Of a DNA stretch of 38,657 nt, positions 14,208 through 22,354 are shown in pieces. The position numbers and the translations under genes were made by a program. The notes under the pieces are model-generated. The model was not told where the DNA came from. It worked only from the letters and a program-made list of their open reading frames with translations, and searched no databases. Each line of letters begins with the position of its first letter. Within the stretch, counting starts at the first letter, position 1. Location: contig CAVDWI010000002.1 of NCBI GenBank assembly GCA_963612485.1, positions 1-38,657 on the forward strand, in the 5' to 3' direction. This DNA comes from Barnesiella intestinihominis (GTDB taxonomy: Bacteria > Verrucomicrobiota > Kiritimatiellia > RFP12 > UBA1067).

Positions 14208-15848
14208 ATGAAAAATGCGAATGGACAGGTTCTGTTTCCGCCGCCGGGGCGGACACCGCGTGAAGATACGGCGGCGGTGATGAAGTTCTACAAACTGCCG
14301 AAGTCGTTTCCGCCGGAAGTGCTGGCGGAAGCGAAGCGCGTCGGTGAACGGCTGAAGTCACCGGGAAAGCGGCTCGACCTGCGAAAGAAGTTCATCTTCA
14401 CCTGCGATCCGCAGACGGCGCGGGACTATGACGACGCGCTGAGCCTTGAGAAGGATCGACAGGGGAATCTCGTCCTTGGCGTGCACATTGCCGACGTGTC
14501 GCACTTCGTCCTGCCGGGGACGGCACTTGACCGCGAGGCGTACAAGCGCTCGACGAGCGTCTACCTGGCCGACCGCGTAGTGCCGATGCTGCCGGAGGAA
14601 CTCTGCAACGGCGTGTGCTCGCTTGTGCCGAACGAAGACCGCCTCGCGTTCTCCGTCTTCATGACGTTCAACGACAAGGGCGAAATGGTCAAGCGCACCT
14701 TTGCGAAGTCCGTCATCCGCTCGAAAGTTCGCTATACCTACGAAGAGGTGATGGCGATAATCAAGAGCGGCAAGCCTGCAAAGGGCGGCAGGACGGCGCT
14801 CAGGGTCGTCACGGGAATCAACGCCCTCGCGCAGCAGCTTCGGAAGCGGCGTTTTGCCGCCGGGGCGCTCGACCTCGAGGTGCCCGAGGCGGAGATCGTG
14901 CTGAACGACGCGGGCGAGATGACAGGCATCGTGACGCGCCCCTACGACGAATCGCACCAGATGGTCGAGGAGTGCATGGTCGCCGCGAACGAGGCGGTGG
15001 CGAAGGAACTGTGGACGAAGGGAATCAAGATTCTCGCCCGTCTGCACGAGCCGCCGGACCCCGAGAAGATCCTGATGCTCCGCGCCGACTTGCGCGGGCT
15101 GGGCGTGAAGATGGGGAACATCGAGAACCCGAAGGTCTTCGCCCAGTTCCTGAAGTCCATCAAGAAGAATCCGCTTTACCCGACGCTGTCGGTGATGGTG
15201 CTGCGGTCGATGAAGCGGGCGGTCTATGATGCGACGGCGATTGGTCACTTCGGCCTGGCGAAGCAATACTACGCGCACTTCACCTCGCCGATTCGCCGCT
15301 ATCCCGACCTCACGCTCCACCGCCAGCTGGCGGCGTATCTCGCGAAGAAGGACTGCCGCGTTCCGCCGAAGACGCTCCAGCGGTGGGCGGAGCACACGAG
15401 CGCGATGGAGGAAGTCGCGGCAGAAGCGGAGCGCGGGCTTCTCGAAATCAAGAAATACCGCCTGATGGAAGCCGAGCTCAAGTCGCCCGCGAAGCCCGAA
15501 TACGATGCAGTCATCTCGAAATGCACGCCGTTCGGGTGCTTCGTCGATATTCCCGAACTCGCGATTTCGGGTCTTGTGCACATAAGCGTGCTGTCGCGGC
15601 GGTTCGTGAACTACAATGAGTCCGACCATTCGCTTTCCGCGCCCGACGGCAAGAGCTGGCGCATCGGCGACCGTATGAAGGTGAGGGTCGCGAGCGTCGA
15701 TTTCCGTCTGCGGCGGATTGATTTCGTTCCGGCGGACGATTCGCGGGAGATCGGTCGAAAAGACCGTCCGTTCCCGCATAAGGGAAAAAACATCAGGAAA
15801 CACTTTAAGAGGAAAGAAAGACATGGATCTGAACATTCTGATCAATAG
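14208..15848 (+). CDS. RNase II/R-family 3'-5' exoribonuclease, RNB + S1 domains only (no N-terminal cold-shock domains)
   Basis: RNB motifs begin about residue 55 (DLRKKFIFTCDPQTARDYDDALS, HIADVSHFV, STSVYLADRVVPMLPE, HFGL..YAHFTSPIRRYPDL). C-terminal S1 (GCFVDIPELAISGLVHIS) and a basic tail. Only about 50 aa precede RNB. Confidence 0.85.
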   Translation: MKNANGQVLFPPPGRTPREDTAAVMKFYKLPKSFPPEVLAEAKRVGERLKSPGKRLDLRKKFIFTCDPQTARDYDDALSLEKDRQGNLVLGVHIADVSHFVLPGTALDREAYKRSTSVYLADRVVPMLPEELCNGVCSLVPNEDRLAFSVFMTFNDKGEMVKRTFAKSVIRSKVRYTYEEVMAIIKSGKPAKGGRTALRVVTGINALAQQLRKRRFAAGALDLEVPEAEIVLNDAGEMTGIVTRPYDESHQMVEECMVAANEAVAKELWTKGIKILARLHEPPDPEKILMLRADLRGLGVKMGNIENPKVFAQFLKSIKKNPLYPTLSVMVLRSMKRAVYDATAIGHFGLAKQYYAHFTSPIRRYPDLTLHRQLAAYLAKKDCRVPPKTLQRWAEHTSAMEEVAAEAERGLLEIKKYRLMEAELKSPAKPEYDAVISKCTPFGCFVDIPELAISGLVHISVLSRRFVNYNESDHSLSAPDGKSWRIGDRMKVRVASVDFRLRRIDFVPADDSREIGRKDRPFPHKGKNIRKHFKRKERHGSEHSDQ

Positions 15849-16935
15849 ATTCGACATCACGGGGCGGCTCGTGTCGCTTCAGCCGTTCGGCAGCGGCAAC
15901 ATCAACGACACCTACCTCGCCATCTACCGCAACACGTTCACCGAGACGCAGGTGATTCTCCAGCGCGTGAACCGCGCGGTGTTTCCCCAGCCCGAGATCA
16001 TTATGGCGAACATGCACGAGATTGCGAAGCACTGCCACGAGAAACTCGAGGCGGATGCCGAGGCGGGACGCGACGACCGCGTGTGGCAGATGCCGCAGAT
16101 TGTCAAGACGAAGGACGGCGCGGATTACGTGACGGACGAGGATGGCGAGGTGTGGCGCGTGATTACGCGCATTATGTCCGCCCACGCCTTCGACATGGCG
16201 CAGGGACCCGAACACGCCCTTGAGTGCGGTGCGGCGCTCGGTCACTTCCACTACCTTGTCTCGGACATGAACCCGGCGAGTCTCCGCGACCCCCTGCCGG
16301 GCTTCCACATCACGAGCGGCTACCTGAAGGCCTATGACAGGACGCTTGAGAAGGCTTCGGCGAAGGCACTTGTCGGCGCATCGATGGAGGCGAAGCGGCT
16401 CGCCCGCTTCATCGAGGATCGCCGCGACCTCGCCCTCGCCCTCGAACAGGCGGAGGCGCGCGGCGAACTGCGCAAGCGGATGTTCCACGGCGACCCGAAG
16501 GTGAACAACATCATGATTGACGACGTGACGGGCAAGGGCACGGCGATGATCGATCTCGACACCGTCTCGCCCGGGCTCATTCACATGGACTTCGGCGATG
16601 CGCTCCGCTCGATTTGCAACCCCGCCGGGGAGGAGGAGACGAACCTCTCGAAGGTCGTCTTCGACGAAGACCTCGCGACAGCGTTCTGCAAGGGCTACAT
16701 GCGCGAGGCGGGGGCGTTCCTGACGGACGCCGACCGCGCCTATCTCTACGACTCGATTCGGCTTCTGCCGTTCGAACTGGGGCTTCGCTTCTTCCAGGAC
16801 TACCTGAACGGCAACGTCTACTTCAAGACGAAGCAGCCCGAACAGAACCTGAACCGCGCCCGCGTGCAGTTCCGCCTCTGCGAGTCCATCGAGGCCCGCG
16901 AGCGTTCGATTCGCGACGTGCTGAACCGCCTGTAA
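15823..16935 (+). CDS. APH-fold sugar kinase, N-acetylhexosamine 1-kinase (NahK)-like
   Basis: FGSGNINDTY, HGDPKVNNIMID, IDLDTV.PG, DFGDALRS and C-terminal FFQDYLNGNVYFK..NLNRARVQF match recalled NahK-family motifs. The ATG at 15823 overlaps the RNase tail by 26 nt. Confidence 0.65.
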   Translation: MDLNILINRFDITGRLVSLQPFGSGNINDTYLAIYRNTFTETQVILQRVNRAVFPQPEIIMANMHEIAKHCHEKLEADAEAGRDDRVWQMPQIVKTKDGADYVTDEDGEVWRVITRIMSAHAFDMAQGPEHALECGAALGHFHYLVSDMNPASLRDPLPGFHITSGYLKAYDRTLEKASAKALVGASMEAKRLARFIEDRRDLALALEQAEARGELRKRMFHGDPKVNNIMIDDVTGKGTAMIDLDTVSPGLIHMDFGDALRSICNPAGEEETNLSKVVFDEDLATAFCKGYMREAGAFLTDADRAYLYDSIRLLPFELGLRFFQDYLNGNVYFKTKQPEQNLNRARVQFRLCESIEARERSIRDVLNRL

Positions 16936-16938
16936 TCC

Positions 16939-17676
16939 ATGCACCGACTGCTTGCGGAAACCTCTGCGCTCGAAGACGAGCCGCCGCTTCTCCCGGCGGC
17001 GGCGGCGAAGCACCTGCGCGTTCTGCGTCCGAAGGACGGCGAACCGGTCGAACTCTTCGACGGAAAGGGGCGTTCGCGCATCTACTTCTATGACGCGGCG
17101 CGGCGGGAACTGACCCGGCCGGGCGAACTCGCCGTGCATCCCGTGCGCCCCGCGCTCGTGCTCTTCGCCTGCGTGACGAAGGGTTCGCGCTGGGACTGGA
17201 CGATCGAGAAGGCGACGGAACTCGGCGTTTCGCGCATCGTGCCCGTCATCTCCGACAGGACAATCGTGCGCATTCCGAAAGCCGAACGCGCGGCGAAGCG
17301 TGAACGCTGGACGCGCATTGCCGAGGATGCGGCACGGCAATCCGACGCGAAGTGGATTCCGGAGATTGACGAACCCGTCGATTTCAAGGAAGCGCTCGCC
17401 CTCGTCGCCGAAACAAACTGCCTCGTCGGAGCGTTGACGAACCCGCCACCGCCAACGATTCTCCGCACGCTTGAGGCGCGGCACGAGACGCTCTTTTCGG
17501 GCAAGCCTCCGGCCGTGTTCGTGGGACCTGAAGGTGACTTCACCCCGGACGAACTCACCGCGCTCCTTGCGATTGCGACCCCCGTCAGTTTCGGCGCGGC
17601 GATTCTTCGCGCCGAGACGGCGGCGATCTACGGCGTGAGCCTCGTGAAGGCGATGCAGGATGCGAAGGTCTCGTAA
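16939..17676 (+). CDS. rsmE: 16S rRNA (uracil1498-N3)-methyltransferase
   Basis: HLRVLR, KGSRWDW.IEKATELGV, RW.RIAEDAARQS, VGPEGDFT.DE and LRAETAAIY motifs. Confidence 0.88.
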   Translation: MHRLLAETSALEDEPPLLPAAAAKHLRVLRPKDGEPVELFDGKGRSRIYFYDAARRELTRPGELAVHPVRPALVLFACVTKGSRWDWTIEKATELGVSRIVPVISDRTIVRIPKAERAAKRERWTRIAEDAARQSDAKWIPEIDEPVDFKEALALVAETNCLVGALTNPPPPTILRTLEARHETLFSGKPPAVFVGPEGDFTPDELTALLAIATPVSFGAAILRAETAAIYGVSLVKAMQDAKVS

Positions 17677-18260
17677 TGTACGACCTCGTTGAGATATTCG
17701 AGTCGATGCAGGGCGAGGGCCGCAATTCGGGACGTCCCTGCGTATTCATCCGTTTCGCCGGGTGCAATCTCGCCTGTCCGTGGTGCGACACCGACCGGGC
17801 GCGGCACTTCTCGCTTTCGCTCGACGACCTCGTGAAGGAAGTCGGTGGATTTCGCGCAAGGAGCGTGATTCTCACGGGCGGCGAGCCAACGCTCGTCGGC
17901 GAAATGCCCGAACTGATCGCCGCGCTGAAGGCGAAGGGCTATTGGATTGCCGTCGAGACGAACGGGACGAATGAGCCGGACTGGCTCGGATTTCTCGACT
18001 ACGTCGCCTGTTCGCCGAAGGCGGAGTTCCCCGACCGCCTCGCGCTCACGCGGGCGGACGAAGTGCGCGTCGTCGTCTCGTCCGAGACGGTCACCGATTT
18101 CTGCAAGTCCGTGCGGCGCAGGATTGCCGCGACGGATTACTACGTTTCACCGTGCGAACGCGACGGAGCGATCGACTTCGCCACCGCAAAGGCCGTCCTC
18201 TCGGAGTTGGACGGCTGGTCGCTTTCCGTGCAACTGCACAAGATACTCGGTTTTCGCTAA
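17676..18260 (+). CDS. queE: 7-carboxy-7-deazaguanine synthase (radical SAM)
   Basis: EIFESMQGEG..G.PCVFIRFAGCNLACPWCDT is the QueE N-terminal signature. TAATG overlap with rsmE. Confidence 0.88.
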   Translation: MYDLVEIFESMQGEGRNSGRPCVFIRFAGCNLACPWCDTDRARHFSLSLDDLVKEVGGFRARSVILTGGEPTLVGEMPELIAALKAKGYWIAVETNGTNEPDWLGFLDYVACSPKAEFPDRLALTRADEVRVVVSSETVTDFCKSVRRRIAATDYYVSPCERDGAIDFATAKAVLSELDGWSLSVQLHKILGFR

Positions 18261-18271
18261 ACCCACTTCCC

Positions 18272-20503
18272 ATGTTCAGATCTCTGACTGTCGTTTACCT
18301 GCATAAGCCAAGCCGCGTGGACTCAAAGCGTCTACCCGTTATCGAATACGGCCTTGCCGACGCCTTCCGCGAGTTCTGCCGAGAGACGTTCGACATGCGC
18401 GGTCCGCAGGACTATCCGCCGCTTCGCCTGACGGCGACGAACTCGGTGGAGGGGCTCGCGAAGACGCTCTTCACGAGCGGCGGTTCACGCGGCGTTTTGA
18501 CGGAACTCGGTCGCGCCTGCTGCCTGTTTCTCATCGACGACGACTTCATCGGACAGTCCGTCGCGGGCAAGGACTTGCGCGACTGGCTGAAGCTCTTCTT
18601 CCCGGCGATTCCGAAGGTCGTTCTCACGCATCCCGGACGCGGCGACATCGCGCTTCCGGCGCGGCGGTGGATCAAGAAGGATGCCGTCGTCTTCGAGCGT
18701 CCGTCGAAGCACCACGAGCGCATCGTTCATCTCTTCAAGAGTTTCTGGATGCCGCGCTTCGCGACCGCCCTGCGCCAGTACGTGCAGGTGAAGGCGGGGA
18801 CGAACTGGCATACGCCGGGACACAACGGCGGCCGCGCCTTCGAGGATTCGCCGTTCCTCGCCGGCTTTTACGCGGCGTTCGGCGGCACGATCTTCCGCAC
18901 CGACCTCTCCGTCTCGGTCGAGCCTCTCGGCGACCTTTCCAGCCCCGAGGCGCGAACGCCGCTTTCCGAGGCGCAGAAACTGACGAGCGAAATTTTCTGC
19001 TCGGCGCAGAGTTGCTACGTCACGAACGGGACATCGACCTCGAACAAGGCGATGCTGATGACGCTCCTGCGGCCGGGCGAAGTCGTCCTCATCGACCGCA
19101 ACTGCCACAAGAGCGTCCACCACGCCGTCGTCACGTCGGGGGCCGTGCCGCGCTATCTGCCCGCCCACTGGAATGCGAGTCTCGGCGTGTGGGGGCCCGT
19201 TGCGCTGGAGGATGTGAAGAAGTCGCTGGAAGCCCACGTCGCCTCCGAGGCGGAGCGTCCGCGTCTCCTGATCCTCACGACCTGCACCTACGAGGGAATC
19301 CTCTATCCCGTGTGGGAGATTGCGCGACAGTGCGAGAAGGCGGGTGTGTTGTTCTATGCGGACGAGGCGTGGGCGGCCTATCTGAACTTCCATCCCTACT
19401 ACACGTTCGGGCGCGGGGGCGGCGACGCCGTGCGCTACAACGCGGTGAACGAGACGTGCGGGGCGCATTTCGCGGTGCAGTCCACCCACAAGACGCTCGC
19501 GGCGTTTTCGCAGGCCTCGATGATCCACGTCTCGACCCGCTTCAAGCAACTTCTCGAGGACGACTCGTCGCCGTCCTTCCGATGGCTGCGCCGCCGCTTC
19601 GCGCTGCACGGGCGCGGCAGTTACGAGAAGTTCTCCCACGACCTCCACGAGTTCCTGCGCTACTGGCACTCGACGTCGCCCCATTATCCCTTCCTTGCGG
19701 CGCTGGACGTGGCGGGCGTTCAGATGCGCCTCGAGGGTCTGAAGGTCATCGACGAGCGCATCCGCTGGGCGGCGGCGTTCCGCAAGCGCGTGGCGGACGA
19801 ATGCGGACTGCCGGAGAACGCCTGTTTCGCCGGGCTCGACGAAATCGCCGGAAAGGGCTTCGACTGGCGTGGGCAGGGCTACATGAAGGATCCGCTCAAG
19901 ATCGTCCTCATGCTCCGTTCGCCAAAGGCGTGCGCAACCTTCCGCAAGATGCTTCTCAAGGCGCACATCCGCTGGGAAAAGGCGAGCGCGACGACGATTC
20001 TCTTCCTCGTCACGGCGGGGACGGTGGAGGAGCATTTCGAGTATCTCTTCCGCGTCTGCCGCCAGTACAAGCGGCTCATCGGTTCGCCCGCCGCGTCCGC
20101 ACGGTCGAACGGCCGCCGTGAGAAGTGCGCCGCGCAATCCGTCATTGAGGCGGTTTCGGGTCAGGCCGTCGTCCTGCCGCACGACGCCGCGCTCTGCGAC
20201 GGCGAACTCGTGCCGATTGACGAAGCCGAGGGACGCATCGCCTCGCAGTTTCTCGTTCCGTATCCGCCGGGCATCCCCGTCTTCATCCCCGGCCTTCGCA
20301 TCACGAAGCCCATGATTCGGCTCATCCACGACGTGATATCGACGGACGGGGCGGGGGCGGTGCACGGTCTCTTCTGCCGCGGCGGACACGCCCCCTATCT
20401 CGTCGAAGTCCTCAATAAGGATGAGGAATCCCGCGTTCGAACGCTTGGCGAACAGCCACATGGGAATATGATAAAATCTCCGTTCTCCAACCGTGACAGG
20501 TAA
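18272..20503 (+). CDS. Fold-I PLP-dependent Orn/Lys/Arg decarboxylase (large biodegradative-type architecture)
   Basis: About 743 aa with an N-terminal wing domain. NWHTPGHNGG and STHKTLAAFSQASMIHV (PLP lysine) motifs. C-terminal domain with YPPGIP. Confidence 0.85.
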   Translation: MFRSLTVVYLHKPSRVDSKRLPVIEYGLADAFREFCRETFDMRGPQDYPPLRLTATNSVEGLAKTLFTSGGSRGVLTELGRACCLFLIDDDFIGQSVAGKDLRDWLKLFFPAIPKVVLTHPGRGDIALPARRWIKKDAVVFERPSKHHERIVHLFKSFWMPRFATALRQYVQVKAGTNWHTPGHNGGRAFEDSPFLAGFYAAFGGTIFRTDLSVSVEPLGDLSSPEARTPLSEAQKLTSEIFCSAQSCYVTNGTSTSNKAMLMTLLRPGEVVLIDRNCHKSVHHAVVTSGAVPRYLPAHWNASLGVWGPVALEDVKKSLEAHVASEAERPRLLILTTCTYEGILYPVWEIARQCEKAGVLFYADEAWAAYLNFHPYYTFGRGGGDAVRYNAVNETCGAHFAVQSTHKTLAAFSQASMIHVSTRFKQLLEDDSSPSFRWLRRRFALHGRGSYEKFSHDLHEFLRYWHSTSPHYPFLAALDVAGVQMRLEGLKVIDERIRWAAAFRKRVADECGLPENACFAGLDEIAGKGFDWRGQGYMKDPLKIVLMLRSPKACATFRKMLLKAHIRWEKASATTILFLVTAGTVEEHFEYLFRVCRQYKRLIGSPAASARSNGRREKCAAQSVIEAVSGQAVVLPHDAALCDGELVPIDEAEGRIASQFLVPYPPGIPVFIPGLRITKPMIRLIHDVISTDGAGAVHGLFCRGGHAPYLVEVLNKDEESRVRTLGEQPHGNMIKSPFSNRDR

Positions 20504-20504
20504 A

Positions 20505-21002
20505 ATGAAAAAACAAGCGAATACGATTTCAAAGACTTCGTCCTGCGCCCAGCGCGGGCTCAAGGTGTCGGCAAAAACCCGCTACGGACTGCGCATTCTG
20601 CTCGATGTCGCCGCGCACACCCGCGATGCGAAGCCGCGCTCGATTGCCGAGATCTCCAAGGCGCAGCGCATTTCGGAGAAGTTCATCTCTCGGCTCGTCA
20701 TTCCCCTGCGCGAAGCGGGGCTGATTCGCTCGGTGCGCGGTTCGGGCGGCGGCTTTCGTCTCGCACGCTCGACCGAAGACATCACCCTGCTCAAGGTCGT
20801 CGAGACGATGCAAGGTCCTCTCGCCATCCTCGACTGCCTGTCGGATGCGGAAAACAGCTGTCCGCGCAAGCCAAACTGCCTTGCGCGGCAGATCTGGTCG
20901 GATGTCAACACCGGATTTATGAACGTGCTTGCCCGCGTCACCCTTGCGAAAATCCTCGACCGTTCGCCCGATGAGGCCGCCGCGATGGACTTCTGCATCT
21001 GA
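20505..21002 (+). CDS. Rrf2-family transcriptional regulator with a putative Fe-S ligand triad
   Basis: SAKTRYGLRILLDVA wHTH start and GGGFRLAR motif. Cys triad C-x7-C-x5-C (DCLSDAENSCPRKPNC). Start is uncertain: ATG 20505, or an internal GTG nearer the Rrf2 core. Confidence 0.8.
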   Translation: MKKQANTISKTSSCAQRGLKVSAKTRYGLRILLDVAAHTRDAKPRSIAEISKAQRISEKFISRLVIPLREAGLIRSVRGSGGGFRLARSTEDITLLKVVETMQGPLAILDCLSDAENSCPRKPNCLARQIWSDVNTGFMNVLARVTLAKILDRSPDEAAAMDFCI

Positions 21003-21087
21003 CAGATGCCCTCCGAGAGCCTCTTGCGCGTCCATTTCGTCCCTCTTCGCGACAGTTTGCGTCGAGACTCGTCTCCGTCAGGGTCTC

Positions 21088-21246
21088 CTACTCCATGACG
21101 AACACGGCGGAGAGGATGCGTCCGAGCCAGCGGTGACGCGCCCACCCCCAGCAGAACGGCAGCGCGGCGCAAAGGAATGCCGCCGCGTGGTTCGGGTTCG
21201 CGAACCCGAACCCCTGCCGCACCCACTCTCCGCACGTGAATTCCAT
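21088..21246 (-). pseudogene. Possible remnant of an O-antigen ligase/polymerase-like membrane protein (52 codons)
   Basis: MEFTCGEWVRQGFGFANPNHAAAFLCAALPFCWGW.. resembles the G.F.NPNH.A..L...LP motif, which normally sits internally in Wzy_C/O-antigen ligase proteins. The ORF is short and lies at the GC-rich/AT-rich junction. Confidence 0.25.
21189..21212. repeat. Perfect 24-bp palindrome GGTTCGGGTTCGCGAACCCGAACC
   Basis: Self-complementary over all 24 nt. Read directly from the sequence. Confidence 0.95.
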
Positions 21247-21276
21247 GGATAACTTTCTTGGCAATATCGGCAGCGG

Positions 21277-21564
21277 CTATTTTAATTGACGCGACCTATT
21301 CGCCCGAAAGACAATTTCTCTCATGTGCGTTTCAAGATTGCCAAGATAGGCATCCATTTCAGAGGAATGCTTTGACTCCAAGTCGCGCAATTCTCGAGGA
21401 ATTGTTTTTGCACAAATGAGTATGGACTTGTTCCGTTCGCTTCGTTTCCGGCTGTGCAGAAGCATAGAAGTTCCAAAGCCAGCACAGAAAACAAACAGAA
21501 AAGCGACAACCATGAAACATATCCTTCTCATAACGACTTCTTTTCCCACAACCATTTTTGCCAT
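21277..21564 (-). CDS. Candidate immunity protein (small, N-terminally membrane-anchored) for the upstream Rhs-tip toxin
   Basis: 95 aa, AT-rich, 19 nt downstream of the toxin stop on the same strand. One hydrophobic segment (ICFMVVAFLFVFCAGFGTSMLL) followed by a charged soluble part. No family recognised. Confidence 0.55.
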   Translation of the reverse strand: MAKMVVGKEVVMRRICFMVVAFLFVFCAGFGTSMLLHSRKRSERNKSILICAKTIPRELRDLESKHSSEMDAYLGNLETHMREIVFRANRSRQLK

Positions 21565-21583
21565 TGAAGGCCGAACTTGTCAC

Positions 21584-22219
21584 TCAAATGCCGATTGATG
21601 GAGTTTGGCGTAAGAATTCCGGAACTACTGCAAATTGTAGACGTTTCCACTCGTAAGCAGTATTTTTTAAGATTCTCATAATCTCCGAAGAGTTGCTATC
21701 CTCATCGTCAAGACAAATACACCCATGCGACGCAGAGGCCGGAGCAATGACCAGTCGAATATGTGTCCTAACAGCCCCATTTGGACCTTCAGCTATGTCA
21801 TCAAGTTTACTGTCGCCTGCATACCACAACTGGAATCTTTCCGCACCTGGATGTGCAATTATATACCAAAGACCCAATGGCAAAACGCCACTTGCTATCC
21901 ACTGATGAGCAAGATTCATATCGCCAGAATAGGCAGTAACCCCAAGCATTTTCCCAGTCTTATCATCCCTCATTGCAAACACCGCATCTGAAATCTTAAA
22001 TACACATCGAGCATACGCACCATATAAATCCACATAGTCCGTTACTCCATTCCTACAATATGCGAGTTGATTCCAGCCGTCGGGGTAGCCGAGCGGGTCG
22101 GCAGTCTGCCACTTGGCGAGGTCGGGGCGGTAGTTGCGGCAGAGGAACGCCCGCCCGAGGCCCTCGACGAGCGGCTTTTCCCCTTTGATGAACTTTTCAT
22201 TTGAGCTTTTCACGCCCAC
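21584..22219 (-). CDS. Orphan Rhs/YD C-terminal tip fused to a Tlde1/DUF2778-like (L,D-transpeptidase-fold) toxin domain
   Basis: FLCRNYRPDLAKWQTADPLGY..NQLAYCRNGVTDYVDLYG is the Rhs core-end motif (RxYxPxxGRWxxxDPxG...NxYxYxxNxPxxxxDPxG). The AT-rich CT follows, with GVLPLGLWYI and THIRLVIAPASASHGCICLDD (H...SxGC, YkuD/Tlde1-like). No Rhs core lies upstream. Start is uncertain: GTG 22219 or GTG 22213. Confidence 0.7.
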   Translation of the reverse strand: MGVKSSNEKFIKGEKPLVEGLGRAFLCRNYRPDLAKWQTADPLGYPDGWNQLAYCRNGVTDYVDLYGAYARCVFKISDAVFAMRDDKTGKMLGVTAYSGDMNLAHQWIASGVLPLGLWYIIAHPGAERFQLWYAGDSKLDDIAEGPNGAVRTHIRLVIAPASASHGCICLDDEDSNSSEIMRILKNTAYEWKRLQFAVVPEFLRQTPSIGI

Positions 22220-22228
22220 ATTATACCA
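22220..22228 (-). promoter_or_regulatory. Extended -10 element TGGTATAAT (minus strand) directly upstream of the Rhs-tip ORF
   Basis: Plus strand ATTATACCA. On the minus strand TGGTATAAT-GTGGGC-GTG places the second GTG (22213) 6 nt after the -10. Confidence 0.45.
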
Positions 22229-22281
22229 AAACTCACGGCGGAATTCCTCCCTTACCCTTATCCCGTTTTATAGAATCATTT

Positions 22282-22298
22282 TGTCCCATTTCGGGACA
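22282..22298. promoter_or_regulatory. Palindromic upstream activator site TGTCCC-N5-GGGACA (candidate enhancer-binding-protein site)
   Basis: Perfect 6-bp arms, centred about 50 bp upstream of the -24 element. An extra TGTCAC half-site is at 22303-22308. Confidence 0.45.
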
Positions 22299-22339
22299 GT
22301 TTGTCACATCCGCTCCGCCATATTCGGTCGATTTGCCGT

Positions 22340-22354
22340 TGGCACGGGCTCTGC
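22340..22354 (+). promoter_or_regulatory. Sigma-54 (-24/-12) promoter upstream of hsp20
   Basis: TGGCACGGGCTCTGC compared with the consensus TGGCAC-N5-TTGC: exact GG/GC spacing. Lies about 47 nt upstream of the hsp20 ATG, which has an AAAGGAG SD. Confidence 0.6.

Noticed and set aside
20582-21235. 217-aa minus-strand ORF overlapping the Rrf2 gene and the spacer.
   Set aside because: It is an Arg/Ser/Pro-rich antisense translation of the Rrf2 gene without motifs. The Rrf2 frame has a clear wHTH signature.
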